A DNA stretch of 64,000 nt. Source: Candidatus Nomurabacteria bacterium (GTDB lineage: Bacteria > Patescibacteriota > Minisyncoccia > Phycocordibacterales > JACOZG01). Where the stretch lies: NCBI GenBank assembly GCA_020847275.1, contig JADLCI010000007.1, forward strand, positions 108,272 to 172,271, written 5' to 3'. Positions 38,536-48,708 of this stretch are shown in pieces; within the stretch, counting starts at the first letter, position 1; each line of letters starts with the position of its first letter. The notes under the pieces are model-generated. The model had not been told where the DNA came from and made no database searches. It worked only from the letters and a program-made list of their open reading frames with translations. Both the position numbers and the translations under genes were made by a program.

Positions 38536-40197
38536 ATGACGAAACAAATTATTTTTGGTGATGACGCACGGAAGGCACTCAAGCGGGGCATTGATCAGGT
38601 GGCAGATGCGGTGCGAATTACAATTGGTCCCAAGGGACGCAATGTCATTCTAGACAAGGGTTATGGCACGCCAACTATTACCAATGATGGTGTTTCCATT
38701 GCGAAGGAGATTGGTTTGAAAGATAAGGTTGAGAATATGGGTGCCGAAATTATCAAAGATGTGGCCCAGAAGACAAATGATGCGGCGGGTGACGGCACAA
38801 CGACGGCGGTTGTCTTGGCGCAAGCTCTAATTAGTGAGGGCTTTAAGAAAACGACACTTGGTGTCAATGCGATGGGTTTACGAATTGGAATTGAGCACGC
38901 GGCTCGTGAAGTGGTTGCGGCTCTCCGTGATCTGGCTAAACCGATTAAAAACAAAGAGGAAATTAAACAAATTGCAACAATTTCAGCCGAATCAACCGAA
39001 TATGGCGCAATTATTGCCGAAGCAATTGAGAAGGTTGGGAAGAACGGTGTGGTGACAGTGGCAGAGTCTCAAAGTTTCGGCGTGGAGTCAGAATTAGTAG
39101 AGGGGATGCAGTTTGAAAAGGGTTATCTCTCGCCCTATATGGTGACAGACGCTGAAAGGATGGAGGCGGAATATCGAGATGCTCTGATTTTAATTACCGA
39201 TAAAAAAATCTCGAGTATTAAAGACATCCTACCACTCTTGGAAAAAGTCGCGCAGGGTGGAAAGAAGGAGTTGGTAATTATTGCCGAAGATGTGGACGGT
39301 GAGGCTCTGGCCACTCTGGTTGTTAATAAATTACGCGGGACATTCAATACCCTTGCCCTCAAAGCACCGGGTTTTGGTGATCGGAAGAAAGAGATGTTGG
39401 AAGATATTGCGATACTAACTGGTGGGCAGGTAATCTCTGAAGAGGTTGGACGTAAGTTGGAAAGTGTCGACTTGAAAATGCTTGGTCGGGCTCGGAAGAT
39501 TGTGGCGACGAAAGAGAATACGACAATTGTTGGTGGCGCAGGGAAGAAGGCGGATTTGGAAGCACGGATGAGTCAGATTAAAAAACAAATTGCCCAGAGT
39601 GACTCCAAGTATGATCAGGAGAAGTTGCAAGAGCGCTTGGGTAAGCTTGGTGGCGGTGTGGCCGTAATCAAGGTTGGTGCCGCAACCGAGGCGGAAATGA
39701 AATATTTGAAACTGAAAATGGAAGACGCCGTGGAGGCAACCAAGGCGGCGATTGAAGAAGGAATTGTCGCTGGTGGCGGTGTGGCCCTAGTACGGGCAGG
39801 AGTGAAGGTTGCGGGTAAGACGCTCAAATCACCGTCCGCGGATATCGCTCATGAATTTGAAGTTGGCGTGAAGGTGCTTCTTAAGTCATTGGATGCGCCT
39901 CTTCGTCAGATTGCGATCAATGCTGGGAAGGATGATGGCGAAGTAATCTTAGACAAAGTAAAAAACGGTAAGGGTAACGAAGGTTATGATGCTAATGCCG
40001 ATAAGATTGTGACCGACATGTTCACGGCGGGGATTATTGATCCAGTGAAAGTGACTAGGACTGGACTGGAGCGGGCGGCAAGCGCGGCAGCGATTCTTCT
40101 GACCACCGAGGTGGCGATTACGGATGAGGTCAAAGAAGAGAAGGAGAGTCCAATGGGTGGTGGTATGCCAGGCGGAATGGGGAGCATGGGCTACTAA
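38536..40197 (+). CDS. groEL: Chaperonin GroEL
   Basis: AAGDGTTTA ATP-binding motif. C-terminal GGM tail. Confidence 0.95.
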   Translation: MTKQIIFGDDARKALKRGIDQVADAVRITIGPKGRNVILDKGYGTPTITNDGVSIAKEIGLKDKVENMGAEIIKDVAQKTNDAAGDGTTTAVVLAQALISEGFKKTTLGVNAMGLRIGIEHAAREVVAALRDLAKPIKNKEEIKQIATISAESTEYGAIIAEAIEKVGKNGVVTVAESQSFGVESELVEGMQFEKGYLSPYMVTDAERMEAEYRDALILITDKKISSIKDILPLLEKVAQGGKKELVIIAEDVDGEALATLVVNKLRGTFNTLALKAPGFGDRKKEMLEDIAILTGGQVISEEVGRKLESVDLKMLGRARKIVATKENTTIVGGAGKKADLEARMSQIKKQIAQSDSKYDQEKLQERLGKLGGGVAVIKVGAATEAEMKYLKLKMEDAVEATKAAIEEGIVAGGGVALVRAGVKVAGKTLKSPSADIAHEFEVGVKVLLKSLDAPLRQIAINAGKDDGEVILDKVKNGKGNEGYDANADKIVTDMFTAGIIDPVKVTRTGLERAASAAAILLTTEVAITDEVKEEKESPMGGGMPGGMGSMGY

Positions 40198-40228
40198 TCT
40201 AACAAGGGTTGTTGTATTATTGGGGTAA

Positions 40229-42922
40229 ATGTCTAATCCTTCATTGCGTCGAAGGGACGAGTTTATTTTGGGTGTTTTATTGGTATTTATTGTTGTATTT
40301 GGGTTTTATTATTTTTCTAATTCTTCGACGCCCGATGGATTATTTCCTAGTTTGCAACTGGCACAGATTAGTGGCCAGAAGGTTGAGGTTGTGGGACAAG
40401 AAACTATCCCGCCCACGACCCAGATTACTTCTCCTGGTGGTGGGGAAGTATTGTCTGGCCTGGTAACTGTCACCGCGACGGCCAGTGACAATGTGTCGGT
40501 GAACAGGGTCGAGCTTTGGAAGGATGAATCGCTCTTTAGAAGTACGGGTTCTCGTCCATACAACTTTATTTGGGACACAACTGCCTCTTCCAATTCTACC
40601 CATACACTACAAACAAGAGCCTATGACGCCGCCGGGAATGTTGGATTGTCGCCGACGGTGACGGTCAGCGTCTCTAATACTGGGACTCCGCCGCCAGCGG
40701 GGGATAATCCTGGCGGTAGCTCCAATTCTGATCCGAATAATCTCGCTAACGGTTCAAGTGTTCTCTTCGTTGATAAAAATAATTCTAATTGCAGTGACCA
40801 GCACTCTCGAAGTCAGGCACTTAACCCGCAGACACCGTGGTGTGGTCTCGCTGGCTTAACGGAAAATCACGGTTTAACCGTTCGCCCTGGCGACACGGTC
40901 TACTTTCGAGCGGGAGATTATACCGGACGCGAAGCGGGAATTATTTCTGACGGCACTCCGAGTGGTCGCATCACTATTAAGCCATATCCTGGCGATATGG
41001 TGATTTGGCGTGGCGGGTCTACTTCTTATGAAAGATTGTTTTCAGCAACAACAGACTATCTAACACTAGAAGGATTTACCATTGTTGGACATATTGATAC
41101 ATCGGAGGGCTCATTATACATGCCCGTGCTCCTATCTTTCTCTAATAACACTGGACTTGAACTGCGTAACCTAACCATAGAACCCTTCCAGTCTGTTAAC
41201 GATATCGGATTCGGTAATCGCTGGCCGAGTGATCATAGTAGGGAAGGTTGGGGACACGCGGTTAAATTATACAATTCTGATAACTTCAAGATTCAAAACA
41301 TAAAGATAACCTGTCAGGCCAGTACAGATGTTTACCCCGCCTTGAAATTCAACGGAGACGGACTCCAGCTTGATAACGTGAGAAATGGCGTGGTTGAGAA
41401 CAGTGAGTTTAAGGATTGTGCCCATATTCCACTGACTACAAGATTCAATTCCTATGGCGTAACGATTCAGAACAATGTCATCTCTAACGTTTTTCACACG
41501 GGCATGGCATCTGGTGTTGGCAGTCACAATAATATAATTCGCAACAATATTATAAAAAACTATAATTCTATTCCCAATGATCTATCCAACCGCTCTCACG
41601 GGATTGAACTATTGGGTGAGAATGACAGCTTAATCTACAACAATATTGTCTATAATGGAGCCAACAACGGCAATGGGATTTCTTTGGGAAATTCTCAAGA
41701 TTCCAATTTTTCACAGAACAATAACAATAAAATTTTTCATAACACTGTCTACTCTACCAATTACAACAATATCAGCTTGGGGAGCAATGGCCTGTTTGGT
41801 ACCAATAATTGGGTTAACAATAATCAGATAAAGAACAATATCACTTATGGCATCCAGCAGTATCAAAGTGAAGGACAATTCCTGCACGGGGAAATTCGAG
41901 TGTATGGTTATGACTATGAGGGTAACAACGGTTACGGCAATATTTTCCAAAATAATTTGGTGAAAGATTTCCGTCCCGAAGAAAAGCCAATCGTTAGTCG
42001 TAACTTTAGAAACAACACCTATAATCGTTACTCGGTTGCTGAATTCAATAGTTTGCCCTGGGCTTCGGGAAATATCGAAGGCGATCCCAAGTTTATTAAT
42101 CCCAGCGCGGGAGATTTTCACCTGCAAGCGACGAGTCCCGCTATCAATGCGGCACCTTGTTTGCCTGAGGTCACTGTTGATTTCGACGGCAGAAGTCGTA
42201 GTGCTGGTGGCGGTTGTACGATTGGCGCTTTCGAACTTGATCTGGTAAATCCGCCCCCGCCCCCGCCAGTTTTGGAAGAGGAACCGGTAGTTGAGGTTGA
42301 GCCACGGACCGAGGACGAGGAACCAGAATTAATCACCCCCGCTGCTTGTGGGGACGGTGTTCTCGATGCCGGAGAACAATGTGACGGTAATCTGATGGGT
42401 GGTTTAAGTTGTCGGTTGCTTGGTTTCTTGGGCGGCGGGAGTTTGCGCTGTTATTCGGGAAGTTCACCGCGGGCTTGTCGGCTTGATGTTGAGAAATGTT
42501 TACTCGCCCCCAATCAACCACCGCCAGTAAGGCAAGTCCCCGAGACAATCCCAGCCACAAAATCATCACCAGTGTCCGGTACAACCGAATCGCCAGAATT
42601 GTCCACCTGCCGAGAACGTTGGCTGTGTCGACAGGGCTGGAGTGAATGCGTGGATGGTAAGCAGACCCGTGAGTGCGTGGAACTGACCCAGTATGGCACC
42701 ACCTCTTGTCGGCCAAGGGTGGAACGAGCTTGTAATGAGAACGATCTAGCTTCGGATGTATTAGATACGAAGGCGATTGGTGAACAGGAAAAAGGGTCTT
42801 CTGTTGTTGCTAAATTGAATTTAACTCCTGTTCAGACCAAGGCCTTAGCGGTACTTGTTCCCACCTTCTTCGCAACACTAGCGATACTTGCAACGGTGAT
42901 TATTCGAACTTTTATGCTATAA
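40229..42922 (+). CDS. Large surface protein: N-terminal TM, Ig-like domain, right-handed parallel beta-helix (PbH1) repeats, Cys-rich module, C-terminal TM
   Basis: Asn-rich repeats (NNIIRNNIIKNYNS, NNNQIKNNITYG). CGDGVLDAGEQCDG cysteine-rich repeat motif. PPPPPP linker. Hydrophobic C-terminus. Confidence 0.6.
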   Translation: MSNPSLRRRDEFILGVLLVFIVVFGFYYFSNSSTPDGLFPSLQLAQISGQKVEVVGQETIPPTTQITSPGGGEVLSGLVTVTATASDNVSVNRVELWKDESLFRSTGSRPYNFIWDTTASSNSTHTLQTRAYDAAGNVGLSPTVTVSVSNTGTPPPAGDNPGGSSNSDPNNLANGSSVLFVDKNNSNCSDQHSRSQALNPQTPWCGLAGLTENHGLTVRPGDTVYFRAGDYTGREAGIISDGTPSGRITIKPYPGDMVIWRGGSTSYERLFSATTDYLTLEGFTIVGHIDTSEGSLYMPVLLSFSNNTGLELRNLTIEPFQSVNDIGFGNRWPSDHSREGWGHAVKLYNSDNFKIQNIKITCQASTDVYPALKFNGDGLQLDNVRNGVVENSEFKDCAHIPLTTRFNSYGVTIQNNVISNVFHTGMASGVGSHNNIIRNNIIKNYNSIPNDLSNRSHGIELLGENDSLIYNNIVYNGANNGNGISLGNSQDSNFSQNNNNKIFHNTVYSTNYNNISLGSNGLFGTNNWVNNNQIKNNITYGIQQYQSEGQFLHGEIRVYGYDYEGNNGYGNIFQNNLVKDFRPEEKPIVSRNFRNNTYNRYSVAEFNSLPWASGNIEGDPKFINPSAGDFHLQATSPAINAAPCLPEVTVDFDGRSRSAGGGCTIGAFELDLVNPPPPPPVLEEEPVVEVEPRTEDEEPELITPAACGDGVLDAGEQCDGNLMGGLSCRLLGFLGGGSLRCYSGSSPRACRLDVEKCLLAPNQPPPVRQVPETIPATKSSPVSGTTESPELSTCRERWLCRQGWSECVDGKQTRECVELTQYGTTSCRPRVERACNENDLASDVLDTKAIGEQEKGSSVVAKLNLTPVQTKALAVLVPTFFATLAILATVIIRTFML

Positions 42923-42971
42923 TCATCCTAATATGAATAAATCAGACAATTTAACAAAAGAATAAAATATT

Positions 42972-43520
42972 ATGTGGTTACTTATAATCATTGCAGTCGT
43001 TCTCGCTTGGTTAATCTTTAGTTACAACGGGCTTGTCACATATCGCCTGCGGGCTGATGAGGCGTGGAGCGATATTGATGTACAGATGAAGCGTCGTTAC
43101 GATCTCATTCCCAATTTAATGAACACGGTCAAGGGTTATGCCACACACGAACAGACAGCGTTTGAGAAAGTGACCCAAGCTCGCAGTGCGGCGATGGGGG
43201 CAACGGGGCTGGCGGCCAAGGGTGAGGCCGAGAATATGCTTACTGGTGCCCTGAAATCAGTTTTCGCTATCGCCGAAGCTTATCCGGAACTGAAGGCCAA
43301 TCAGAATTTCTTGCAATTACAAAACGAGTTGTCAGATACGGAGAACAAAATTCAAGCAGCCCGGCGATTCTACAATAGCAATGTTCGCGACCTCAATATC
43401 AAGATTGACACTTTTCCCTCCAACTTGGTCGCCAACCTTTTCCACTTTGTGAAGAAAGAATTTTTCCAATTGGAGGCGGGGGATGAGGTGGCCCGGAAAC
43501 CAGTTGAGGTGAAGTTCTAA
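42972..43520 (+). CDS. lemA: LemA family protein
   Basis: N-terminal TM then the LemA helical domain (RLRADEAWSDIDVQMKRRYDLIPNL). Confidence 0.75.
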   Translation: MWLLIIIAVVLAWLIFSYNGLVTYRLRADEAWSDIDVQMKRRYDLIPNLMNTVKGYATHEQTAFEKVTQARSAAMGATGLAAKGEAENMLTGALKSVFAIAEAYPELKANQNFLQLQNELSDTENKIQAARRFYNSNVRDLNIKIDTFPSNLVANLFHFVKKEFFQLEAGDEVARKPVEVKF

Positions 43521-43523
43521 ATA

Positions 43524-44417
43524 GTGGCAACTCTCTATACTCATCAAGCAAGTAATGTTCGGAAGACCTGGGCGCTGATGCTCGGCTTTTTCCTCTTTCT
43601 TATCGTGCTTGGGTGGGTTTTTTCTCAAGCTTATGATAATCCGCTGATTCTCTATGTTTTTGCGATGTTTTCTATTTCTCTAAACCTCGTAAGTTACTGG
43701 TATTCTGATAAGATTGCCCTTGCTCTGGCCCGCGCTCGGCCCGCCTCTCGCGAGGAATTCTTCGATCTCTTTACGGCGGTAGAGAATCTGGCGATTACTG
43801 CTGGACTGCCTCGACCGGCGATTTATGTGATTGATGACCCGGCGCCAAATGCTTTCGCTACCGGTAGGAATAAAGAGCATGCGGCCGTGGCAGTGACAAC
43901 GGGCCTGCTTCAGATGATGACCAAAGTAGAACTGGAGGGCGTGCTGGCCCACGAATTATCTCATATCGGCAACCGCGATATTCTTATCTCAACGGTCGTT
44001 GTGGTGCTTGTTGGACTTGTGGCCATGATCTCCGATATCTTCTTGCGCTCAATGTTTTGGGGTGGGAATCGTCGTCGTGGTGATGACGATAGGGGGTCAG
44101 GGGTGTTTCTGTTTTTAGGGATTATTGCGGCAATTATCTCGCCGATTGTGGCGACGCTTATCCAGCTCGCCGTTTCTCGCCGTCGAGAATTTCTTGCCGA
44201 TGCCTCTGGAGCGCTTCTCACCCGTTATCCTGAAGGCCTTGCTTCCGCTCTGGAAAAGATTGGGCATTATTCGTCACCGATGAAGAGGGTTAGCACGGCA
44301 ACCTCACATCTTTTCATTTCCTCTCCGCTTGGAGGTAAATCTGGTGGCCTATCAAAACTTTTTCTCACTCATCCATCGATTGAGGAAAGGGTCAAGATGT
44401 TGCGAGAAATGGCCTAA
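43524..44417 (+). CDS. htpX: Zinc metalloprotease HtpX (M48 family), GTG start
   Basis: HELSHIGNRD (HExxH). Four TM helices. Usual LemA-HtpX pairing. Confidence 0.8.
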   Translation: MATLYTHQASNVRKTWALMLGFFLFLIVLGWVFSQAYDNPLILYVFAMFSISLNLVSYWYSDKIALALARARPASREEFFDLFTAVENLAITAGLPRPAIYVIDDPAPNAFATGRNKEHAAVAVTTGLLQMMTKVELEGVLAHELSHIGNRDILISTVVVVLVGLVAMISDIFLRSMFWGGNRRRGDDDRGSGVFLFLGIIAAIISPIVATLIQLAVSRRREFLADASGALLTRYPEGLASALEKIGHYSSPMKRVSTATSHLFISSPLGGKSGGLSKLFLTHPSIEERVKMLREMA

Positions 44418-44437
44418 TTTCGTATCCTAGGGTAACG

Positions 44438-44522
44438 GGAGGGTTCGCATAGCGGTCTAGTGCGCACGCTTGGAAAGCGTGTGTGGGGCAACCCACCGAG
44501 AGTTCGAATCTCTCACCCTCCG
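44438..44522 (+). tRNA. tRNA-Ser (GGA), type II with a long variable arm
   Basis: Acceptor GGAGGGT/ACCCTCC + G. Anticodon stem CACGC/GCGTG with loop TTGGAAA. Long variable arm. T-arm GAGAG-TTCGAAT-CTCTC. Confidence 0.75.
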
Positions 44523-44649
44523 CCCACAGTATTTAGTATCGGCAGACGCGAGTGCCCGCAATATAGTTAGATACTTACCTGGGTTGACATTTGCGATACA
44601 AACTCTAGGATTAGCTCCGGCTGCACTTTTACAGAAAGGAGTGAAAATC

Positions 44650-45753
44650 ATGTCTAGGCCCGTGGTAGTAACATTGCCAATTACACCCCGCCATACTCCC
44701 GGACTCGGCCTGATGCTGATACCGCTGGTAATGGACATTATCAGACAGCAGATGGACGGCACCGGCGTGTTGGCCCTAAACGTCAATGGCTCAAAACTTG
44801 GAAGCGTTAATGTTGAGCCACACGTACTCGGATATCTCAAGGTCTGCCAGCAGGTTGGTATCGTACCGAACGTTGTTTGGCGCGACGATCAGCAGGAAAA
44901 CGTTTATTGGATCAACCAATTCTTCAAGCAACTTACCGACGCCGGACTAATCTTCCGGGCCAAAAGGGCAGTTAAGCGCTGTCCCTGCCGGATTGTAGAG
45001 ACTCTAGCCAATGCCGAGAATTTTTCGGATGCCAGAAAGTTGTATCACTGGACTGGCAATGTTTGCTTGTGCAAAATTTGCCAATTGCCAGTGTATGAGG
45101 AAAGTGATGATGTCTACCTTTTTAGGCTACCAAAGCCAAAGAAGGGGTTTGTCGTTACACCCGAATTTACTCAAGGGGAAATTGCAAATCTGGCCAGTAG
45201 ATTTACTGGAGCAGAGTTGCTGATCTCTCGAACACGTCAATCGGCCATACCTTTATGGGTTGGTCGGGAGCGAATTTTCCTTGACCCCGACTTTACCTGG
45301 CAGCTATATCTCCCGATTCTGTGGCATTGTGGTCATCGTCCAACGGTCATGATCGGTAGCCAGAAGAATCTCTTTGGTTGCTATTTGGCCATGCTTCTGT
45401 TGGAAATCTTGGTTGGTGATCAAGTAAACTTGGTCATACCAGCTTACTGCCAGACCAAAAGTCCGGCGGATGCCACAATCATGGGACGCTTCCTTGAGTG
45501 GAACAGATCAACTGTTCGTTTGTTTCTGGCCGCTCACGTGGCCTACCATGTCAAGGATACTCGTTTTGATGTTTCGCTCTTGCGGAATATCCAGAACCTT
45601 AGTCTCATCCTTGGTGGCCAAGTAGCTACGTCATCGGGAGCTCGATCGCTCGAACAAAGCCTGTCTCGGTCAAGCGCTCGGCAATTGCGTCAGCGTCTGC
45701 TCGAGGCTCGGCGATCAGGTGTAATTGATTCACTAATCTTGGAACTTTCGTAA
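44650..45753 (+). CDS. Degenerate class-I aminoacyl-tRNA-synthetase-like protein (MetRS-like catalytic core, 367 aa) lacking an intact HIGH/KMSKS and an anticodon-binding domain
   Basis: PITPRHTPGLGLMLIPLVMDIIRQQMDGTGV aligns to the aaRS P-x-x-x-G-x-x-H-x-G-H...D.I.RY..M.G region, with HLGH replaced by GLGL. CPC...CLCKIC Zn knuckle as in the MetRS CP domain. KMSKS position reads QTKSP. AAAGGAG SD before the ATG. GC-elevated. Confidence 0.5.
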   Translation: MSRPVVVTLPITPRHTPGLGLMLIPLVMDIIRQQMDGTGVLALNVNGSKLGSVNVEPHVLGYLKVCQQVGIVPNVVWRDDQQENVYWINQFFKQLTDAGLIFRAKRAVKRCPCRIVETLANAENFSDARKLYHWTGNVCLCKICQLPVYEESDDVYLFRLPKPKKGFVVTPEFTQGEIANLASRFTGAELLISRTRQSAIPLWVGRERIFLDPDFTWQLYLPILWHCGHRPTVMIGSQKNLFGCYLAMLLLEILVGDQVNLVIPAYCQTKSPADATIMGRFLEWNRSTVRLFLAAHVAYHVKDTRFDVSLLRNIQNLSLILGGQVATSSGARSLEQSLSRSSARQLRQRLLEARRSGVIDSLILELS

Positions 45754-45763
45754 GGAGCCAGTG

Positions 45764-46492
45764 ATGAAAGAATTGGAATGGTTAGTAAGTGGATGCGAAC
45801 GTGTCTTTGGAAACAACTTGCGTTGCATTCTTCTCTTGGGTTCGGTTCAGCACGGCGACACAACGCCGTTCTCCGACACCGATCTCGTTGTCGTAATTGG
45901 CAGCATGAGTCTGGCGGAGACGACACAGTTTCGGACGCTGGTCCGATCAGCCGAGATGTTGATTGATTGTTCCCTGGTTTGCCAAGATGAACTTCCGGTC
46001 AGTTCAGACCATTTTCATCTTGGTTCGCATGGTTGCTATCACCTAGAGTTGGTGCTTAAACACACCCGCTGTCTTTGGGGCAGAAATATCCTTCTGGACT
46101 TACCCAGTCCAACTGAAGAAGCCATACGGCATAGTGTGGCCGAGAAAATCTCTGAGTACACTTGGTGGGTTCGGCGAATGTTCGTTGAGTCGAATCGCCA
46201 GCGTTCGCTTGAGACAAACTACCAACTGAACAGCCGTCTGATCAAGGTGGTGCGAGATCTACTCTATCTGACAGACCACCACGGTCTCGACCAGTCCTTG
46301 GGGGAAACGATTGGGTTGTTTTTGAACAAGTATGGAGAACAGCTCAGTGAAGCAGAGCGGTTGGCCTTGCTTGGGCTAGCCGATTCTGGTCGCATTGCCA
46401 GCAATGTTGCCAACATGAGCGAGGGATATCTCGCAACACGATATTCACTGGTCAATTTTGTCTACAAACGAATGACCGAATTGGCCCTCTGA
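45764..46492 (+). CDS. Nucleotidyltransferase of the minimal Pol-beta fold (ANT/AadA-like architecture: N-terminal NTase plus C-terminal helical domain)
   Basis: GS-x10-DTD motif (LLLGSVQHGDTTPFSDTDLVVVI). AAGGAG SD overlaps the upstream stop, so the two genes form an operon. Confidence 0.6.
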   Translation: MKELEWLVSGCERVFGNNLRCILLLGSVQHGDTTPFSDTDLVVVIGSMSLAETTQFRTLVRSAEMLIDCSLVCQDELPVSSDHFHLGSHGCYHLELVLKHTRCLWGRNILLDLPSPTEEAIRHSVAEKISEYTWWVRRMFVESNRQRSLETNYQLNSRLIKVVRDLLYLTDHHGLDQSLGETIGLFLNKYGEQLSEAERLALLGLADSGRIASNVANMSEGYLATRYSLVNFVYKRMTELAL

Positions 46493-46496
46493 ATCA

Positions 46497-46530
46497 AGCC
46501 CGAGACTTGCGAGTCTCGGGCTTTTTCTTT
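46497..46530 (+). terminator. Strong Rho-independent terminator
   Basis: gcccgagact-tgcg-agtctcgggc perfect 10-bp stem, then TTTTTCTTT. Confidence 0.85.
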
Positions 46531-46542
46531 ATTCTTACTTAT

Positions 46543-47265
46543 ATGATTTACCGTGGCCGTCAAGGCGACATCGTATTTGAATTTTCTGTTTCCCCGGCTT
46601 CACGGGCGACAATTATTCTTTGTGACGGTCTACCTAGTGTACCTAAACAGCGTCAAGTGATGGATTTGTTGCAAGCTAAGGGCTACAATGTTTTTTTCCC
46701 ACGATATCGTGGAACTTGGGAAAGCGGCGGTAATTTTCTGGCCCAGTCTCCAGCCCTAGATATACTAGAGTTGGTCGCCCTGATTAAAAGCGGGTCGGTA
46801 ACGGAGCTGTATAGCAATCAAAAATTTAGTACCAATCCTAGGCTTTATTTGGTTGGAAGTAGTTGGGGAGCTACGGTGGCGTTGTCTTTGGCCGACAACC
46901 CTGATGTCGCCAGAGTTATTGCCTTTTCACCGATTGTTGACTTTGTTTCCCATCAACAGAACAGCCAAGGCCAAAATCTGCAGTGGCTTAAGCAGTTTAT
47001 TCGGCGAGCGTTCTATCAGGGATACCGCTTTGAGGATAAAGATTGGGAGCGAATGTTGTCTGGGGAATTATTTAAGCCATCGCTTAAATTGAAACCGGAA
47101 ACAACCACCATTGTTTATGACCGGTCTGACGAAGAAATTAGTTCTACCGACATAGAAACGTATTGCCAAATCGGCGGAGCCACGGCCGTTCAAGTTACTG
47201 GTATTGGCCATTTAAGTTTTTCTAAAATACCACCAGAACTTTGGGACCAAGTTCTGGTGGGTTGA
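46543..47265 (+). CDS. Alpha/beta hydrolase (esterase/lipase fold); start at MIYRG
   Basis: GxSxG nucleophile elbow (VGSSWGA). C-terminal His region (GIGHLSF). Confidence 0.6.
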   Translation: MIYRGRQGDIVFEFSVSPASRATIILCDGLPSVPKQRQVMDLLQAKGYNVFFPRYRGTWESGGNFLAQSPALDILELVALIKSGSVTELYSNQKFSTNPRLYLVGSSWGATVALSLADNPDVARVIAFSPIVDFVSHQQNSQGQNLQWLKQFIRRAFYQGYRFEDKDWERMLSGELFKPSLKLKPETTTIVYDRSDEEISSTDIETYCQIGGATAVQVTGIGHLSFSKIPPELWDQVLVG

Positions 47266-47282
47266 GAAGTTGGCTGTCGGCT

Positions 47283-48599
47283 TTATTCAATAGTCACCAC
47301 CTTTTTGGTTAACTTAATCCGCGATTTGAAGCAGCTCATAAGTTCTCGTTTCTCCTCGTTAGTGCCATCTTTGAGAATGTACTTGGCATAGGTTTTGAGA
47401 TCAATTTCCTCATGCTTGGCTTCGGGATCACGTACGCCCAGCACGCCAGACTGAAATCGGTTATGCCGTTTCAGCTCTTTCTCAAACTTTATCTGCACCC
47501 CAGTCTGATTCAGGTCGATCTGGTCAAGTGTTTTGGTTAACTGTTCGGTTAGCTCCTCCTCCCGCAAGTATGGATTCTTGCAACTTCGGTCTTTGGAGCG
47601 ACCGCAGCCATAGTAAATATACTTAGCCGTCGTGCCATCCTTGAGTAGCTTGTATTTCTCCTCGGCCGAAATGCCCGAGCCACACAGGCCACAAATCATG
47701 AGTTTGGTGAAGGCGAATTCGTGACTCTGGCGGACGATATTGTCCCGCTTTAACTGCTCCTGCGTCTTGTCGAATAGTTCTTTCGTGACTATCGGCTCAT
47801 GTTTGCCCCGATACCAGTTGCCGCTTCTTTTTGGATATTCAAAGGTGCCATAGTAAAAAGGGTTTTGGAGGATTCGAAATATATTACCAAGTGCTAAGTT
47901 GTGGTTACCGACTGTCTTGAAGTTGAGCTCAAATTTGAGCCAGTGGTGAATCTTCCGCCCGCTCCACTTCTCGTAGGCCATTTTCTCAAAGATTTTCTTG
48001 ATAATGGGAGCTCTCGTGGCATCCACTATTACCTGACACTTTTTATCCATCAGTTTCTGGTTCAGATAACCGGCGGGAGCCACTCCTGGCCATAACCCCA
48101 TCTCCACTCGCGTTCTCAAACCACGCTTCACATTGATGCCTCGATTGTCATTCTCCAACTTAGCCTGCGATCCCAGAATCATTAGCAAGAACTTCTCATT
48201 TGGATTGTTACTAAAACGCTGGCCAAAGGTACGGATTTCCATGAGTTTACCGGAGTCCATTAAGTCCACGATCTTGCCGAGGTCACCAGCGTTTCTTGAT
48301 ATCCGATCTGGCGCCCAGGTGAGAATGCCATTAAACTTACCCTCTTTTATCTCTTCAACAATTTCATTGAAGACTGGTCGCTGACCAGTCTCTTTGGCTG
48401 AGTGCGATTCTCGCTTCATGGTGACGACCTCCAGATTCTCTTTCTCGGCCAGCTGGAGCATCTCCTTGATTTGGCTATCAATGCTCAAGATTTGGCGTTC
48501 TTCGGACTCTGAACTTTTACGGGCATAAAGGCAGTATTTTACCCTTACAGGGATTGCTACTTTGGCCGCTACCCCTAACGGCGATATGGCTATGGTCAT
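47283..48599 (-). mobile_element. Large serine recombinase (resolvase domain + recombinase domain + Zn-ribbon), phage-integrase type
   Basis: Catalytic Ser context YARKSSESEERQILSIDSQ. Recombinase-domain and CxxC...CxxC zinc-ribbon segments. 438 aa. Confidence 0.8.
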
Positions 48600-48708
48600 A
48601 CCCTAAGGAATGACGCAACCGCCCGAAGGAGTCCAGAGCGTCCCGAGTAGGTAACCTGTTGGTAACTAAATTGCCCTTATTTTGCAACGCAAGCTAGGAT
48701 ATTGACCT

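Noticed and set aside
46497-46530. Perfect hairpin after the NTase gene as an integron attC site
   Set aside because: It is a simple perfect palindrome with a T-run, a terminator. There are no attC R/L core sites or extrahelical bases, and no intI nearby.
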